A stretch of DNA of 64,000 nucleotides, taken from contig ML992505.1 of NCBI GenBank assembly GCA_010093995.1, positions 932,273 through 996,272 on the forward strand, given 5' to 3'. How positions within the stretch are numbered: the first letter of the stretch is position 1; each line of letters starts with the position of its first letter. Shown one piece after another: positions 24,160 through 36,069 of the stretch. The stretch comes from Elsinoe ampelina (taxonomy: Eukaryota). The notes under the pieces are model-generated. The model did no database searches and was not told where the DNA came from. It saw only the letters and a program-made list of their open reading frames with translations. A program made the translations under genes and the position numbers.

Positions 24160-26166
24160 ATGGCACCGAAGAAAGCGGCGACCAATGGCGCCAGCAAAGG
24201 GGCCAGGGTCTTGTACTGGTTCAGGACCGATCTACGCCTTCACGACTCCCCTGCGTTACATGCAGCTTTGGACCTCAAGCCTGAAGTGCTGTATCCCGTC
24301 TGGACCTGGGATCCTCACTACGTCTACCATGCTCGCGTTGGACCAAACCGCTTCCAATTCCTCATAGACTGCCAGAATGATCTGTCAAAGTCCCTGACAA
24401 AGATCAACAAGAAGCAAAAGCTGCTTGTCATAAGAGAAGCTCCGCAGACTCTCATCAAGAAGTTGATCAAAGAGTGGAAGATCACGCATCTTGTGTTTGA
24501 GAAGGATACAGATGCGTATGCGAAGGACCGCGACGCAGAAGTTATGAGGCAGGCAAAAGAGGCGGGAATAGAAGTCATCGTCAAGATGGGACGGACACTC
24601 TGGGATCCGGAAGAGTTGGTCAAGAAGAATGGCGGCAAACCAACCATGAGCATCAACCAGCTCGAATCTGCGGGAAACAAGATTGGAGAGATTGCAAAGC
24701 CCTTGCCGACTCCTGAATCGCTTCCAGATCCAGGTCCAACAGATCTCGCCTTCGATCAGGAGCAACCCAAACCAGAGCCCGACTTCAACGCCCCATTCCG
24801 TGAGAAAGACTGCAAGACATATGCCCATGGCCTCTCCGGGCCTAATAAGGACTTCTCTCCTCCAACGCTTGAAGAGCTCGGGCTTCCTCCCGCCACCACT
24901 CCTCACAAAGGCGGCGAGACCCTCGCCCTAAAAATCCTCGACGACGTCTGCTCAAACACCCACTTCACCGCCAACTTTGAGAAACCAAAGACCTCCCCCG
25001 CCGCCTTCTCCCCTCAATCCACCTGCCTCACCTCCCCCTACCTGCACTTCGGCGCCCTCTCCGTCCGCGAATTCTGGTGGCGCGTGCAATTCGTCCTCTC
25101 CAAATCCAAATCACACTCCCACCCCCCCGTCTCCCTCCACGGCCAACTCCTCTTCCGCGACATGTACTTCGCCGCCCAATCCGCCCTAGGCTACACCTTC
25201 TCCCAAACCCACAACAACCCCACCGTCCGCTTCGTCCCCTGGCACCTCCCCTCCACCATCTCCCCGACCACCAATCTCATCACAGGCACCTACCAAATCG
25301 ACTCCCCCGTCGCCGAAGCCCGCTTCCAACGCTGGCGATCCGGCACCACCGGCTTCCCCTGGATCGACGCCCTAATGCGCCAACTACGACAAGAAGGCTG
25401 GATCCACCACCTGGGCCGGCACAGCGTAGCCTGCTTCCTGACCCGCGGGGGTTGCTACATCTCGTGGGAACGCGGGGCCGAAGTCTTCGAGGAGCTCCTC
25501 CTGGACCACGAAACCGCCTGCAACGCGGGGAATTGGCAATGGTTGTCCTGCACGGCCTTTTTCGCCCAGTTCTACCGCTGCTACTCCCCCGTCGCTTTCG
25601 GGCAGAAGTGGGACAAGCGCGGCGCGTTGGTCAGGCGGTACGTGCCTGAGCTGCGGGATGTCCCGGATAAGTACATCTACGAGCCGTGGAAGATGCCCGT
25701 TGCCGACGCCAAGAAGGCCGGCGTCGTCGTCAGGGGGGACGGCACGGGGGCCAAGGAGGAGGATGGGAGGAAGGTCTACCCCCGTCCCATGCTGGATTTC
25801 GCCGAGATGCGGACGAGGTGTATCGATGGTCTCAAGGAGGCGTATGATAAGAAGCTGTACGGGGATAGTCCGGCGGTCAAGGATGGGTCGTGGAGAAAGT
25901 TGTTCGATGATGGCGGGGAGGGGTTGACGGAGGGGGAGAAGGGGGGCATGGCGGGGACGGGGAATGAGGGTGAGGAGTTTGAGGAGGCGATGGGGCATGA
26001 GGAGGGGGGGAGTCCGGCGCCGAGGACACCGAGGACGCCGAAGAGGGGTGGGGAGGTGAAAGAGGAGGCGGAGGGGAGTCCGAAGACGACGAGGTCGACG
26101 AGGGGGAAGAAGAGGGAGGCAGGGCAGGGGACGTTGGATGCGAGTGTGAAGCGAACGAAGAAGTAG
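24160..26166 (+). CDS. (6-4) photolyase / animal-type cryptochrome family protein
   Basis: YWFRTDLRLHDSPAL, SPYLHFGALS, TGFPWIDALMRQL, WIHHLGRHSVACFLTRG (His pair of 6-4 photolyases), NAGNWQWLS. Basic C-terminal tail. Confidence 0.95.
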   Translation: MAPKKAATNGASKGARVLYWFRTDLRLHDSPALHAALDLKPEVLYPVWTWDPHYVYHARVGPNRFQFLIDCQNDLSKSLTKINKKQKLLVIREAPQTLIKKLIKEWKITHLVFEKDTDAYAKDRDAEVMRQAKEAGIEVIVKMGRTLWDPEELVKKNGGKPTMSINQLESAGNKIGEIAKPLPTPESLPDPGPTDLAFDQEQPKPEPDFNAPFREKDCKTYAHGLSGPNKDFSPPTLEELGLPPATTPHKGGETLALKILDDVCSNTHFTANFEKPKTSPAAFSPQSTCLTSPYLHFGALSVREFWWRVQFVLSKSKSHSHPPVSLHGQLLFRDMYFAAQSALGYTFSQTHNNPTVRFVPWHLPSTISPTTNLITGTYQIDSPVAEARFQRWRSGTTGFPWIDALMRQLRQEGWIHHLGRHSVACFLTRGGCYISWERGAEVFEELLLDHETACNAGNWQWLSCTAFFAQFYRCYSPVAFGQKWDKRGALVRRYVPELRDVPDKYIYEPWKMPVADAKKAGVVVRGDGTGAKEEDGRKVYPRPMLDFAEMRTRCIDGLKEAYDKKLYGDSPAVKDGSWRKLFDDGGEGLTEGEKGGMAGTGNEGEEFEEAMGHEEGGSPAPRTPRTPKRGGEVKEEAEGSPKTTRSTRGKKREAGQGTLDASVKRTKK

Positions 26167-26359
26167 AGGTCACGGAGAGCATGCACGGAATGATGGAAGA
26201 GCGGAACATGAAATGAAATTTTTGGAATTCCAGGCCTCAAAACAGATACTAAGCGAGGCAGTCGAGCTTCGTAAAGCGGACCGAATGTGCAGCGAAACGC
26301 CAAAGAAGAAAACCAGCTGACCAGCATCATAGACCTCATAATGCGCGCGTGCAATGTCT

Positions 26360-26395
26360 AAAATACTACCAGGCGCCGCCAAAATACTACCAGGC
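26360..26395. repeat. 15-bp direct repeat AAAATACTACCAGGC x2 (period 21)
   Basis: Exact copies at 26360-26374 and 26381-26395, between the convergent photolyase and pacC stops. Confidence 0.85.
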
Positions 26396-26423
26396 ATCCT
26401 CAGATCCTACCAGAACGATCCTT

Positions 26424-28391
26424 CTAAGCTTCCAACTTGAGAGTAGGATAGGCGATTGGGGCAACATCCTCCTCCTCCTTGGAATCCTCCTTGGACATCT
26501 GGTGATCAGCAGCAGGCTCCGGTGTGGAGTCTTCGCTCTTGTCGAAATCGCCTGACGAGAGACGATCCCTGATCCAGTTGCGGAGCTGCTCGATAACGCG
26601 GACGTTCTCGACCCAAGCTTCCTGAGCCTTGTCGTCGGCGCTGTCTGACTGTGGCGACGAGACGGCACTCTCTCCAGGCGGTGTCGACCTTAGTGCTGGG
26701 TCGACGTTGGATGATGAGGTTGGTCTCTTCTCAGTGACGGACATCTTGCGAGGAGTGCGTTGACCCTCGGAGTCAATGTCCATGGCATCTGATCCACGGC
26801 GGGCAGGAGCCTCGCGTTGAAGACGACCTCCGCTGTAACGACGGCTGTCATATCCGTCAAAGCCGGAAGCGAGACCCGAAGCAGGAGCAGAGCTGTAACC
26901 AGAGCCCATATCGGACATGCTGGTGACGGAAGGAAGTTGAGGGTACATGGATGCACCATCGCCAGAGGAGCGAGAGTGGCTTGACATCGGCGAGTGACCG
27001 GATGAGGCGTATGAGGAGACGGAGGCGGGAGTGAGTGCTGGAGTGTCCATACCCTGGGCAGACGCAGTCATGCTGGCCATCTGAGCGACAGAGCTCAAAG
27101 GCTGCATGCCACCAGCGGAAGAGACGGAGCCAGAGTGCTGGGTCTGAGGAGGGCTGTGACTGCTGCGGTGGTAGCCACCGCCGAGGTTGTAACCTGGTAG
27201 TTGAGTGTGGACACCTGGCTGCTGCACGCCAGCAGCGGCTGACTGGCCGGAGCTCTCGTAGACAGTGGCAGAGAGCTGCTCGAGGAAGCGGTCGATATCG
27301 AGGAGATCACCCTTGGTGCGTGCGTTGGAAAGAGGCAGCTGGTAGTTTTGGGCAAGAGCACCTTGAGCAACGGCACTGCTGCCATTGTTCATGGAGACAC
27401 CGCTGCTACCGTTGAAGCTCTCGAGCATGCTGCTGACAGAGTTGAAGTTGTTACCATGCCCGTTACCGTTGCCAGCTCCGTTGTACCCACTACCGATCGA
27501 GTAGCCAGCACCAATGCTGACAGGTAGAGGAAGAGACTGGGTGTTGAGACGGGAGCCAACGTCGTAGTAGTTGTGCGGGTCGAGAGCACGACGCTTGACG
27601 TCGCCGAGGAAGTCGTTGAGGGCCTCGATGGCACGGCGGCGGGTATCCATGCTCTGCTGGTCGGCGAGGGAAGTGCCTGGGTAGTTGACCTGGCCGTAAC
27701 CAGAGTAGGCAGGGGGGTTCGGGTACGAGTTGAAGTTGTTACCGCCAACATGCTGGCCGGGGGGAGGTGGGTATGAACCGTTAATGTCATGCCCAGGGTA
27801 GTAAGCTGCGATAGACGTCAGCCTCGAGTTCTTCATGATGCTGAACGGGCGCGTCAAGCGTACCCTTGTTGTCAGCGGGGAAGCCATTCTGACCATTTTG
27901 ATTGTTGTTCATGTTCGACTCCGGCGAGCGGAGCAGAACGGAATCGTCGGCATGTGTCTTTACGTGCTTCTTCAAATCTTGAGGTCGCTTGAACGACTTG
28001 CCGCAGAACTCGCACTTGTGCGGCTTGAGGGGGACATGAACGCGCATATGGGAGGTGATGTGGTCGCGCTTGACGGTCGTGGTCCTACACGCGCCCCACT
28101 GGCAGGTGAGGTTGAGGTTGTTGGTAGACTTGCGGCCAACATGACGTTCGCAAACGTGCTCCTGGTGGTTTTGTCAGTATTAAAAAGTGACAGACGTCTA
28201 GGGGGTGACCTTACGTAGAGCTGTTCGGCGTTGGGGCATCGCTCACCGCAGCCTAGCCATTGGCATGTCAGTGTCTCTGCAGCAGGATCACGAGCCGGTT
28301 GTGCTGGTAGTTGTAGACTGGTCTCTGTCGTGTTGTTGGTGGTGGTTGTTGATGCTGGCGCAGTCTGCGCCTGTACTTCTTCAGCAGCCAT
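26424..28391 (-). CDS. pacC: pH-response C2H2 zinc-finger transcription factor PacC/Rim101, 3 exons
   Basis: Three zinc fingers: CQWLGC...[24 protein letters not shown]...[44 protein letters not shown] and YPTL PalA-type motifs, [12 protein letters not shown] signalling-protease region. Introns near 28214..28163 and 27863..27811. Confidence 0.96.
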
Positions 28392-31087
28392 GGAGAGGGC
28401 GTGAGGGATGTGGTAGGAGGTCGATGGATGAGAACTACCAGCTTGGCATGCGCGGGGACAAAGGGATGTTGGAAAAAAGATTGCAGAGTGCAAAGTCTTC
28501 AACAAAAGCTGAGGGTGGCAGGACAATTTAAGGAGGCAGTGTAACACAACTTGTAATTGTCGTGATTTCCAGGAAGAGCGACCAAAAACGAGAAGGTCGT
28601 CGGAGATGGGAAGGAACAACTGGACGGCGGAAAACCTGGGCAAGTCTTGCTGGGCAAGTCTTGGAGCCTTTCACGCCGCTCGGTGGTCAAGTTTTAACGG
28701 CACAACACGTTTTGCAATAGACTCCACGCTAGACTCCTTTCATATGCTTCGGTTGACGCGTGATTTTCATCTTGCGGACGTGAGCAGAAGGCTTGATTCT
28801 GGGTGTTACTGCGAGGAAGGGGATGTGTCTTCCTTCACCGGCCTGAGGCCTTCCCTTTCAGCAGCAGAGTGAGTGGCCTTCTTCTCCTTCACGAGGGATC
28901 ACAACCCTTCCAATGTCTCACAGTAGCATCCGATTGCACATTCTCGCAGAAGCGCCTCTCCTTGCAATTAACCCTTTTCACGGCAGATTCGGCAAGCATG
29001 GGGGCAGATAGCGGATTTGTGGCGTATCCGGGATCATCGCACACCTTCCACTCGAGCTCTCGTCAAAGCGAGGGCGCAACAAGGAGTGGGAGCCCTCGAG
29101 CTCTGGCTGGCCAACCACACTTCGTGCTTGATGTACACCCTCGGTTGTCACTCAAGGTGCTCCACCAACCGTTTCACGCCGGCTGGAAGCCAGTGTCTCT
29201 CCTCGAGTCTCAGGATCGGTTTCCGCTCTTGGTGAAATGCGGTGAAATGACGCCAATGTCGCCTAGATTCCCGCTCCGCTGACCATCTCGCCATTTCCTG
29301 GTCCAAGGCTGTTCATCGCTCGCCCCGATTTGATGAGCTCAACGCACGGCGAGCGTTTCCAACACAGCCCCCTTCAGAACCCTGACCCATTTCTCCCCAG
29401 GATCGAAGACGGATCCAGAGTGTCCGACGAATCGAAGCCTTCAATGGTCGTCACTCTCGTCAGCCGTTTTGTTTTGCCTGTATTGCAAACTTGCCTCCGT
29501 TCATCCTCTGCAGCGCTCGTTCATCTCCCGCTGTACAATTCCGTCACATCTGGTTGTTTATAATTTGCTCCGAGTGCAGCCACCTCTCACACATTTGGCA
29601 GAATGTGTTCGCTTAACGATCAATCTCGTCCTCTTTCCACGAGGTCGGAAACGGCCCTGTTACATCTAGGAAAACGCGTCCCTTCTAATCTGCTCAGCGT
29701 TTAATCTCCAGTACCATGCTCAACTTGAGATTACAACCCCCAAACGCTCGTTTACAACATCCACACGTTGACGACCAGTGCACCACGGCGGAATACCTTG
29801 GCAATCACAGCCTTCAGTTCCACGTTGCCTGCCTCAACTCAAAGCCCTACGTCACTCCTCCCAAAGGTCCTTCATATTGCACGTCTTATACCCTGCCCTA
29901 ACTGCAGCTCTACCCGCGAGCAGGATCCAGCTTGTGCAGCTCGTTCACACACTCGATGCATGCTGATTTTCCTGATCGATACTTGCATTCATGTACTGCA
30001 GTCGAGCGGAGAAAAATGCCACAGCATCATCATCCAAGCCTCGCGTCTGTTTTTGTCAATGAATCAACGTAAGCAACCAGTGTAATAAGCACACGAGTAC
30101 CTCACCAGCACGATCATCTCCACAGCCCCACCGGCAGTGTCAGGGAATGACTTGCTTGACTTGCCGATCCACCGCATGCTACCAGACTTCAGCACGTGCG
30201 CGAGACTGCCATGGACATCAACTTGTACGTTCAAGCATGGTGGGTACCTTGGATATCCACGCCTTCAGCAAGTCTCAAGATCAATTCATTCCATTTCGTC
30301 AGTATCTAACCCCGCTGCTGCTATTCCGCATTACAGACTGCGGCTGCGATTTCCCTCACCGAGATAGTACGAAATAGACGACATGTTACCACGCATCAAG
30401 CTCAACATCCCGTCAACGACCTAGGAAATACCAGAACGGTAGGACCATGTTCATAACGATCAAGGCGGAAAACAGTACATGCTCCCCATCTTCCTGCACG
30501 TACGCCTGCGCGTCCCCCCCTCCCCCGCCCGGATCGGTCAAAAGTACTCGCCAGATAGCCCATCGATGGCTGCAGTTCGATGTGTTTCTTGATCTGTGCC
30601 GAGCGTGATGCCGGCAGGGGTACAACTCAGCATGCTTGTCTCCCGCTGGGCTGTGCTTGTCTCGTGCTTGAGGGCTGAGGTTACGTTTCTTGATGGTTGC
30701 TGCACGTGGTGTGGACCTGACGTAGGTGTTGAGCAGCGCTTGACATGGTACCGGTCATGGCGGTAGCGATAGTAATGTGGCATATTATATGACGACGATG
30801 TTTTGCTGCAGTGGAGGCTACTACTGATGTGAGTTGCGTGACAGACTATGCGTAGACAATGTAGCATGCTGAGGATCATGTCCATGGGCGAGCACGATCA
30901 ATACTATCAATAATGCACACAAGGCAAATACGTTTGATGTGTTTATTTCGTGTGTGGCCACTACATGGTCAACTTGACTTCATCTACATGGCCAGCGGCT
31001 CAGCATCGTCAATCCCGTGAACACAGCACGGCAATCCTCAGGGACAGCGGGAACTTAAGCAGCATTTCCCGCCCTGCTCAGGCTAGG

Positions 31088-34000
31088 TTAGTCAATAACC
31101 ACCTCGACCTTGGTCATCCCTCTGATAGCCGCCAAATGACCATCACTGCACCTCCCGTCCCCCTCCTTGAGCCCACGGCCAATACTCTTTCTCAACTCCT
31201 CATCCACGACCAACACCGGCGTGCCAGGCGAAGGCGGCACGAACCTACCCGCTCCCGGGGTCCCGATGCGCGGCGACTCGGTCTTGACAACCACGGCCCC
31301 GAACGGCCTGTCGTCGAGGCAGGCGTCGAGCGCGATCTCGAGCGCGGGAAGGTGCTGCAGGTGCGGGTAGGAGTCCGCGCGGTTCGCCTGCAGGTCAGCC
31401 TTGGCGGAGAGGAAGTCCTTGACGTTGATCCAGGAGAGGGGCTCCATGGCGAGGAATTTGGTGGTGTCGATCTGGATCTTGCTGCGGAGAGATTTCATGG
31501 CGTTGATTTTGGCTTTGATGTCGGAGCTGCTCACGGAGGGGTCGCAGAGTTCGGGGGTGTCGCTGGAGAGATTGGCCGAGCCGAGGACCACTAGAAGGCT
31601 GTTCCGGTGTGAGGGGAGAACTGGATGTCCCTGAATGCTGTTGAGAGAGTGGTTGAGCAGTGGTGTAGAAGTCGGTAGCTGTAGGAGCGCGTCTGCAGCT
31701 CCACCGCGCAAGATGGCTGCAGCTTGACAATTAAGCATCCACAGGCTGTCTCGCGCTTCTCCTTCGAGGTCCAAGGCAGTCCCTGATACCGCCTGAAGGG
31801 GCAAGAATTTTCGCGAAATGAAAGACGCACTCTGGATGGGAGTGCTAATGCCATGGTCCAGAACATGCTTGAGTGCACTGGGTAGGAGGTCTAATTTCTC
31901 CAGCCGAAGTGCCTCCAGCTCTTCCTTCGCCTTGCGCTCCTTCTCGAGTCTCTCTGCTTCCTCTTGTTTCCGTGCAAGTTCTGCCGCTTCTTTGCGTGCT
32001 GCTTCGGCCTTCTGGTCTTGCTCCTCCTTGATATCTGTGATCTTCGTGTCTTCATCTGCGTCGTCGTGATCGTTAGATTTCTTGGTGTTTTCAGACACCT
32101 GCTTGAGCGGCTTGCTACCATCCTCTGATTTACGCTTCTTCGCAGGCGGACCTGCAGCGAACAGAGCAACGGCCTCCCGTGCCGACGTCTGAACGCGTTT
32201 CGTCTTGACATCATTCGTCTGTGACGACAGGCTCTGTGTCCGGGGCCGACCAGGTTTCCTTCGCGGCAGCTTGAACTCGTCTGGCTTCATAACAGCTTCG
32301 GGCGAAGAAGCAGCTCTTGACGATTCGGTGGAAGGTGATTTTCGGCTAGCAGCCGCCCTCATGTCCTTCCTCGAGACCAGTCTCCTCTTTGTCTTTGCAG
32401 CGTCAGGAGATTCCGCATCGTCCATCTCAGCATCGGATAGGTCTGGGCTTCGAAAGCGGTCTGCTCGTCTTGTTACCGGACTAGAGCTGAGTCGACTCTT
32501 CTTCGCTTTGGCTTCGCTGTAAAGTCGGAAAAGTAGATCGCGTTCCTTCTCCCAGTGCGGCCCGCTCTTTGCTTCTGCTATCTCATACCACGTGTTGCCA
32601 GATGCTCGATCTCGGTAGAGTGGGTCGAATTGGTCCAGCTCCGTCAAAGTTTTCACCATGTCAAAATGTGATGTTCCAAGGGCAGCCTTCATTGGTCGCT
32701 CCGGTCTACTGTTGGCCTTCTTAGGGCTCATTTCAGCCAGCAGCATGTTGACAAGGTAGACGTCGCCTGTACGCGCTGCAGCTGCCACAATGTCGTTGTT
32801 GACGGGTACACGGGCATCCAAGAATTCGATGACACCTTCTCGGTCGTTGTTAACAACCAGCTTCAACAGATTCTCCGGGTTTCGAGCCATAAAGTGTAGC
32901 GCCTGTCGTGGTCCAGGACGAGGCGCGGACGAAGCCGTCGGGAGTACCTCATCATTCTCCTCAGCTCCCCTTGCTTTCCAATCGTCAATGGCAGTCCTTA
33001 AAAGTGCACGAATTTCCGACGCAGTCTCTGTGTTCTCCCCTACCAGATCCAAGGCTTGCTGACCCTTGACGTTCTGTTTGAGAGGATTGACGCCAGCTTC
33101 CAGGAGTAGCTTGACAACATCGGGATGCTCGTTTTCGACAGCATCGATGAGCGGTGTATCCTTATCGCTGTTGGAGCAGTGGATGTTGCATTTCTCCTCA
33201 AGCAGATATTTGACAATCTCGGTATTGCCATTAAGAGCTGCGACCTGAAGAGGAGTATTGCCAGCAAATTCCGGGTGTTCCAGCTGTTCGGGATCCTTCT
33301 CGCGCCATTCTTTGACCAAGTCGAGGTCTCCGGTCTCGCAGGCTTCAGCAAGCCGAGTAAAGCCATACTTGTTGACATGCCGTTTATGGTCTCGCCCCAT
33401 AGGTCTGCCCGGTGTTGATACTGATCTATTGATACTGCGTGTATTTCTGCTTTGAGCATGTTTGGCAGAAACCTCGGATTCACTACCAGAGTCCCACGTG
33501 TTCTTAAACACTTTTTGGTCGCGTACTGGCAGGTGCGAAGCAGCGCGTCGGGACCGCCCTGCTTGAACTGCTTCGTTTGCCTCGTCCTTGGTTTGTCCCG
33601 AAGATGTGCGCTTGTGACGACGCAGGCGCGGTGGAGGTGACAGCTCTTCCGAGCTTCGATCTGAAGTTTTTGTATTTGCAACACTGCTTCGTCGTTGTCT
33701 TTTCGCAGAATCTGTATTCGATTGACGATGGCCCGCCGACGATTCCCGATGTTTTCGTTTCCTTGGATTGTTGGAACCACGACTATTTGTCAGAGGTTCG
33801 CTCCCTTCTCTTCTCTCTGGCGATCCAGAAGCAGTCCTCGAATCAGCATCTGACGATCGGACGCTTCTTGCATCAATCTCGTCATCGACGCTGGCAGTCT
33901 CGGACCTGTCGTGTTTGCTAGACCGGACACTCTTCTTGCTTGAGGTTGGTGATGTCGATTGTGCCTTGGTCTCTTTATTTAGCGCGCTGGCAGTGTCGAC

Positions 34001-34273
34001 CTTGACGCCGTTCGCTTTGCGCAGCGCTTCCCGTCTCTTGACTGGGGACGAGAGAACTGTCTCTGCCTCGGAATCATCTCGATCGTCTTCTGCATGAGCA
34101 TCTTGGGCAATTTCCTTTTGATGTCCGTTCACAGTTGGCAATTCTTCAGCAGCTTTGGCTTCAGCACTCGACGGAGCAGCATCGGAAGCCGAAAGACTCT
34201 CTAAAGTCTCTTGTGGAGGTGATGGATCCTTTTTGGGAGCGTCCTCTGAAGAGGGTTTACCAGTGTCACTCAT
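31088..34273 (-). CDS. Ankyrin-repeat protein, probable Hos4-like Set3 histone-deacetylase complex subunit
   Basis: Ankyrin repeats GFTRLAEAC, GNTPLQVAALNGN, KDTPLIDAVENEH, flanked by long charged low-complexity regions and a coiled coil. First ATG in the ORF is 34273 (MSDTGKP). The Hos4 assignment is from recalled architecture only. Confidence 0.8.
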   Translation of the reverse strand: MSDTGKPSSEDAPKKDPSPPQETLESLSASDAAPSSAEAKAAEELPTVNGHQKEIAQDAHAEDDRDDSEAETVLSSPVKRREALRKANGVKVDTASALNKETKAQSTSPTSSKKSVRSSKHDRSETASVDDEIDARSVRSSDADSRTASGSPERREGSEPLTNSRGSNNPRKRKHRESSAGHRQSNTDSAKRQRRSSVANTKTSDRSSEELSPPPRLRRHKRTSSGQTKDEANEAVQAGRSRRAASHLPVRDQKVFKNTWDSGSESEVSAKHAQSRNTRSINRSVSTPGRPMGRDHKRHVNKYGFTRLAEACETGDLDLVKEWREKDPEQLEHPEFAGNTPLQVAALNGNTEIVKYLLEEKCNIHCSNSDKDTPLIDAVENEHPDVVKLLLEAGVNPLKQNVKGQQALDLVGENTETASEIRALLRTAIDDWKARGAEENDEVLPTASSAPRPGPRQALHFMARNPENLLKLVVNNDREGVIEFLDARVPVNNDIVAAAARTGDVYLVNMLLAEMSPKKANSRPERPMKAALGTSHFDMVKTLTELDQFDPLYRDRASGNTWYEIAEAKSGPHWEKERDLLFRLYSEAKAKKSRLSSSPVTRRADRFRSPDLSDAEMDDAESPDAAKTKRRLVSRKDMRAAASRKSPSTESSRAASSPEAVMKPDEFKLPRRKPGRPRTQSLSSQTNDVKTKRVQTSAREAVALFAAGPPAKKRKSEDGSKPLKQVSENTKKSNDHDDADEDTKITDIKEEQDQKAEAARKEAAELARKQEEAERLEKERKAKEELEALRLEKLDLLPSALKHVLDHGISTPIQSASFISRKFLPLQAVSGTALDLEGEARDSLWMLNCQAAAILRGGAADALLQLPTSTPLLNHSLNSIQGHPVLPSHRNSLLVVLGSANLSSDTPELCDPSVSSSDIKAKINAMKSLRSKIQIDTTKFLAMEPLSWINVKDFLSAKADLQANRADSYPHLQHLPALEIALDACLDDRPFGAVVVKTESPRIGTPGAGRFVPPSPGTPVLVVDEELRKSIGRGLKEGDGRCSDGHLAAIRGMTKVEVVID

Positions 34274-34807
34274 GCCGCCGCATTTGAAAGAGATGCCCGC
34301 ATTGCCTGCATGCGACCAAACAACACACTTTGCTGGTGTCTTTGCTCCGCTGAGCCTAGTGGCTGTCGTGCAGGACAAGTCGCAAGTGTCGTCGAATCGC
34401 GTTTGTAATAAACCTGGAGACGCGCGAAGCAAAATGTGGGATTATGGTAGGCGAATGTCGAAAGTTGCAACGGCTTTGAAGACGAAGAGAATCACTGGAG
34501 AATTGAAGGTCAGGACAAAAGGCAAAGGATGCGATAAAGTTCGGTGCAACACAAGCCGACCAATCAACGAGCAGGGGGCTTTGCTTTTTGACTCGTCTCC
34601 GCAGCTGGAAATTTGACCAAACAAGGCAGCCGTAAAGGATGGCTACCTTTGAGTGGTCTAGGTCAAACCCAAAACACGTGATGATCACACCAAGTCTGAT
34701 CCTCATTTCTTTTCCGTTGTGCGAGATTGACAAACACGACACATTTGCAACAGCGTTCATCGCCAGCGCACAACACACAGCCTACGTGGCTGTCAGCAAA
34801 CACAACC

Positions 34808-35911
34808 ATGACTACTGTAGACGCGGCGACTGCAATTCAGGCATCCTATATTTCAGCCGCAGCTGCGGTGCGTGAAGACACTTTGGGCATCATTGACGGT
34901 AAGTTGACAATCATCAGATCCTGGTAATCAGGGCTGTCCCATCCTTGAGAGATCGTTTCCTAGCGTATGGATCACGTGCGAGTGATGCTCCCTCGACCGT
35001 CGACTTCAAAGCAGGTAGCGTCAATGCCCAATCTGCAGGCGACAATCATCAGAGCGGCGCAGAGACGAGCAGCACCAAAGTCGACAGGAAGGATGTCGCA
35101 CCAGAGACTTCAATGCTGGGGAAGCTGCTTGATCGTGTAGCGTCAATACAGGTACCACATAGCTGGTTCGCCTCTTTCTATGTCATCTCGACGCTTTCGT
35201 CGGCATTTTGGGCCTACCAGATTGTATTCAAGGGTACTGCCTTGAATATCATCGCCGACCTGTCACCAGATACCGATCGCTCTATGACTCTCCGGCAAAT
35301 AGTCGTGGTGTCAGCCATGATGTTCGCGCAAGGTGCAAGACGACTCTATGAAAGTATTGAATTCGCCAAACCGTCTTCTTCCAAGATGTTTGTCGGTCAC
35401 TGGATCATGGGTCTCTGGTTCTACGTAACGATCGGTGTGGCGGTCTGGATAGAAGGTGTTTGTGAGTACTAGGCATTACATTAGGAGATAGCATATCTAA
35501 CGAAGCCATCAAGCAACGCTCCGACAAGCAGATATCGAAATGAAGCACTTTCAATTCGTTCCGCCGACGCCTCGAACCTTCGTTGCATCCGTCATCTTCA
35601 TCCTGGCATCTGGCACACAGGTCGACTGCCATGGCTATCTGTCATCCTTGAAACGATATGGAGTACCTCAGCATCCGACATTCCAGTCTTTTGTGTGCCC
35701 GCATTACTTTGCTGAATGCCTCATCTATCTTTCCATGGCAATTCAGGCAGCACCAAAAGGAGCCTTGGTCAACCGTACGATACTGTGTGCGCTCGTGTTC
35801 GTCGGCGTCAACCTCGGAGTGACAGCAGATGGGACGAAGAAGTGGTACGAAAAAAGGTTCGGACCTCAAAGTGTCGAAGGGAAATGGCGCATGATCCCGT
35901 ACCTGTTCTGA
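34808..35911 (+). CDS. DFG10: Polyprenol reductase (SRD5A3/Dfg10 family), 3 exons
   Basis: RFLAYG, VPHSWFASFY, QGARRLYES, CHGYLSSL, CPHYFAECLIY, KWRMIPYLF. Introns 34868..34917 and 35462..35513. Confidence 0.88.
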
Positions 35912-36069
35912 GGTGCCCTAACCCCTACGCCGAGGACAACCGCTGGACTGCGCAGGTCGCCGACCTCGAAAACGCCGACCCGGAGAAAACAAACATGTGA
36001 AACGCCGACCTCCTGTCTCCATGGTCCGAGTGCTATGCAATGCTAGAACGCCTGGCGAAGTACGCTGGA

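Noticed and set aside
30413..30885. Small minus-strand ORFs, one with a hydrophobic C-terminus, between pacC and the ankyrin gene
   Set aside because: No recognisable motif and no consistent start or splice model; more likely UTR or promoter sequence.
28392..31087. PacC autoregulatory GCCARG sites in the long pacC upstream region
   Set aside because: I found only two (28442 and 29797) in 2.7 kb, about the number expected by chance.
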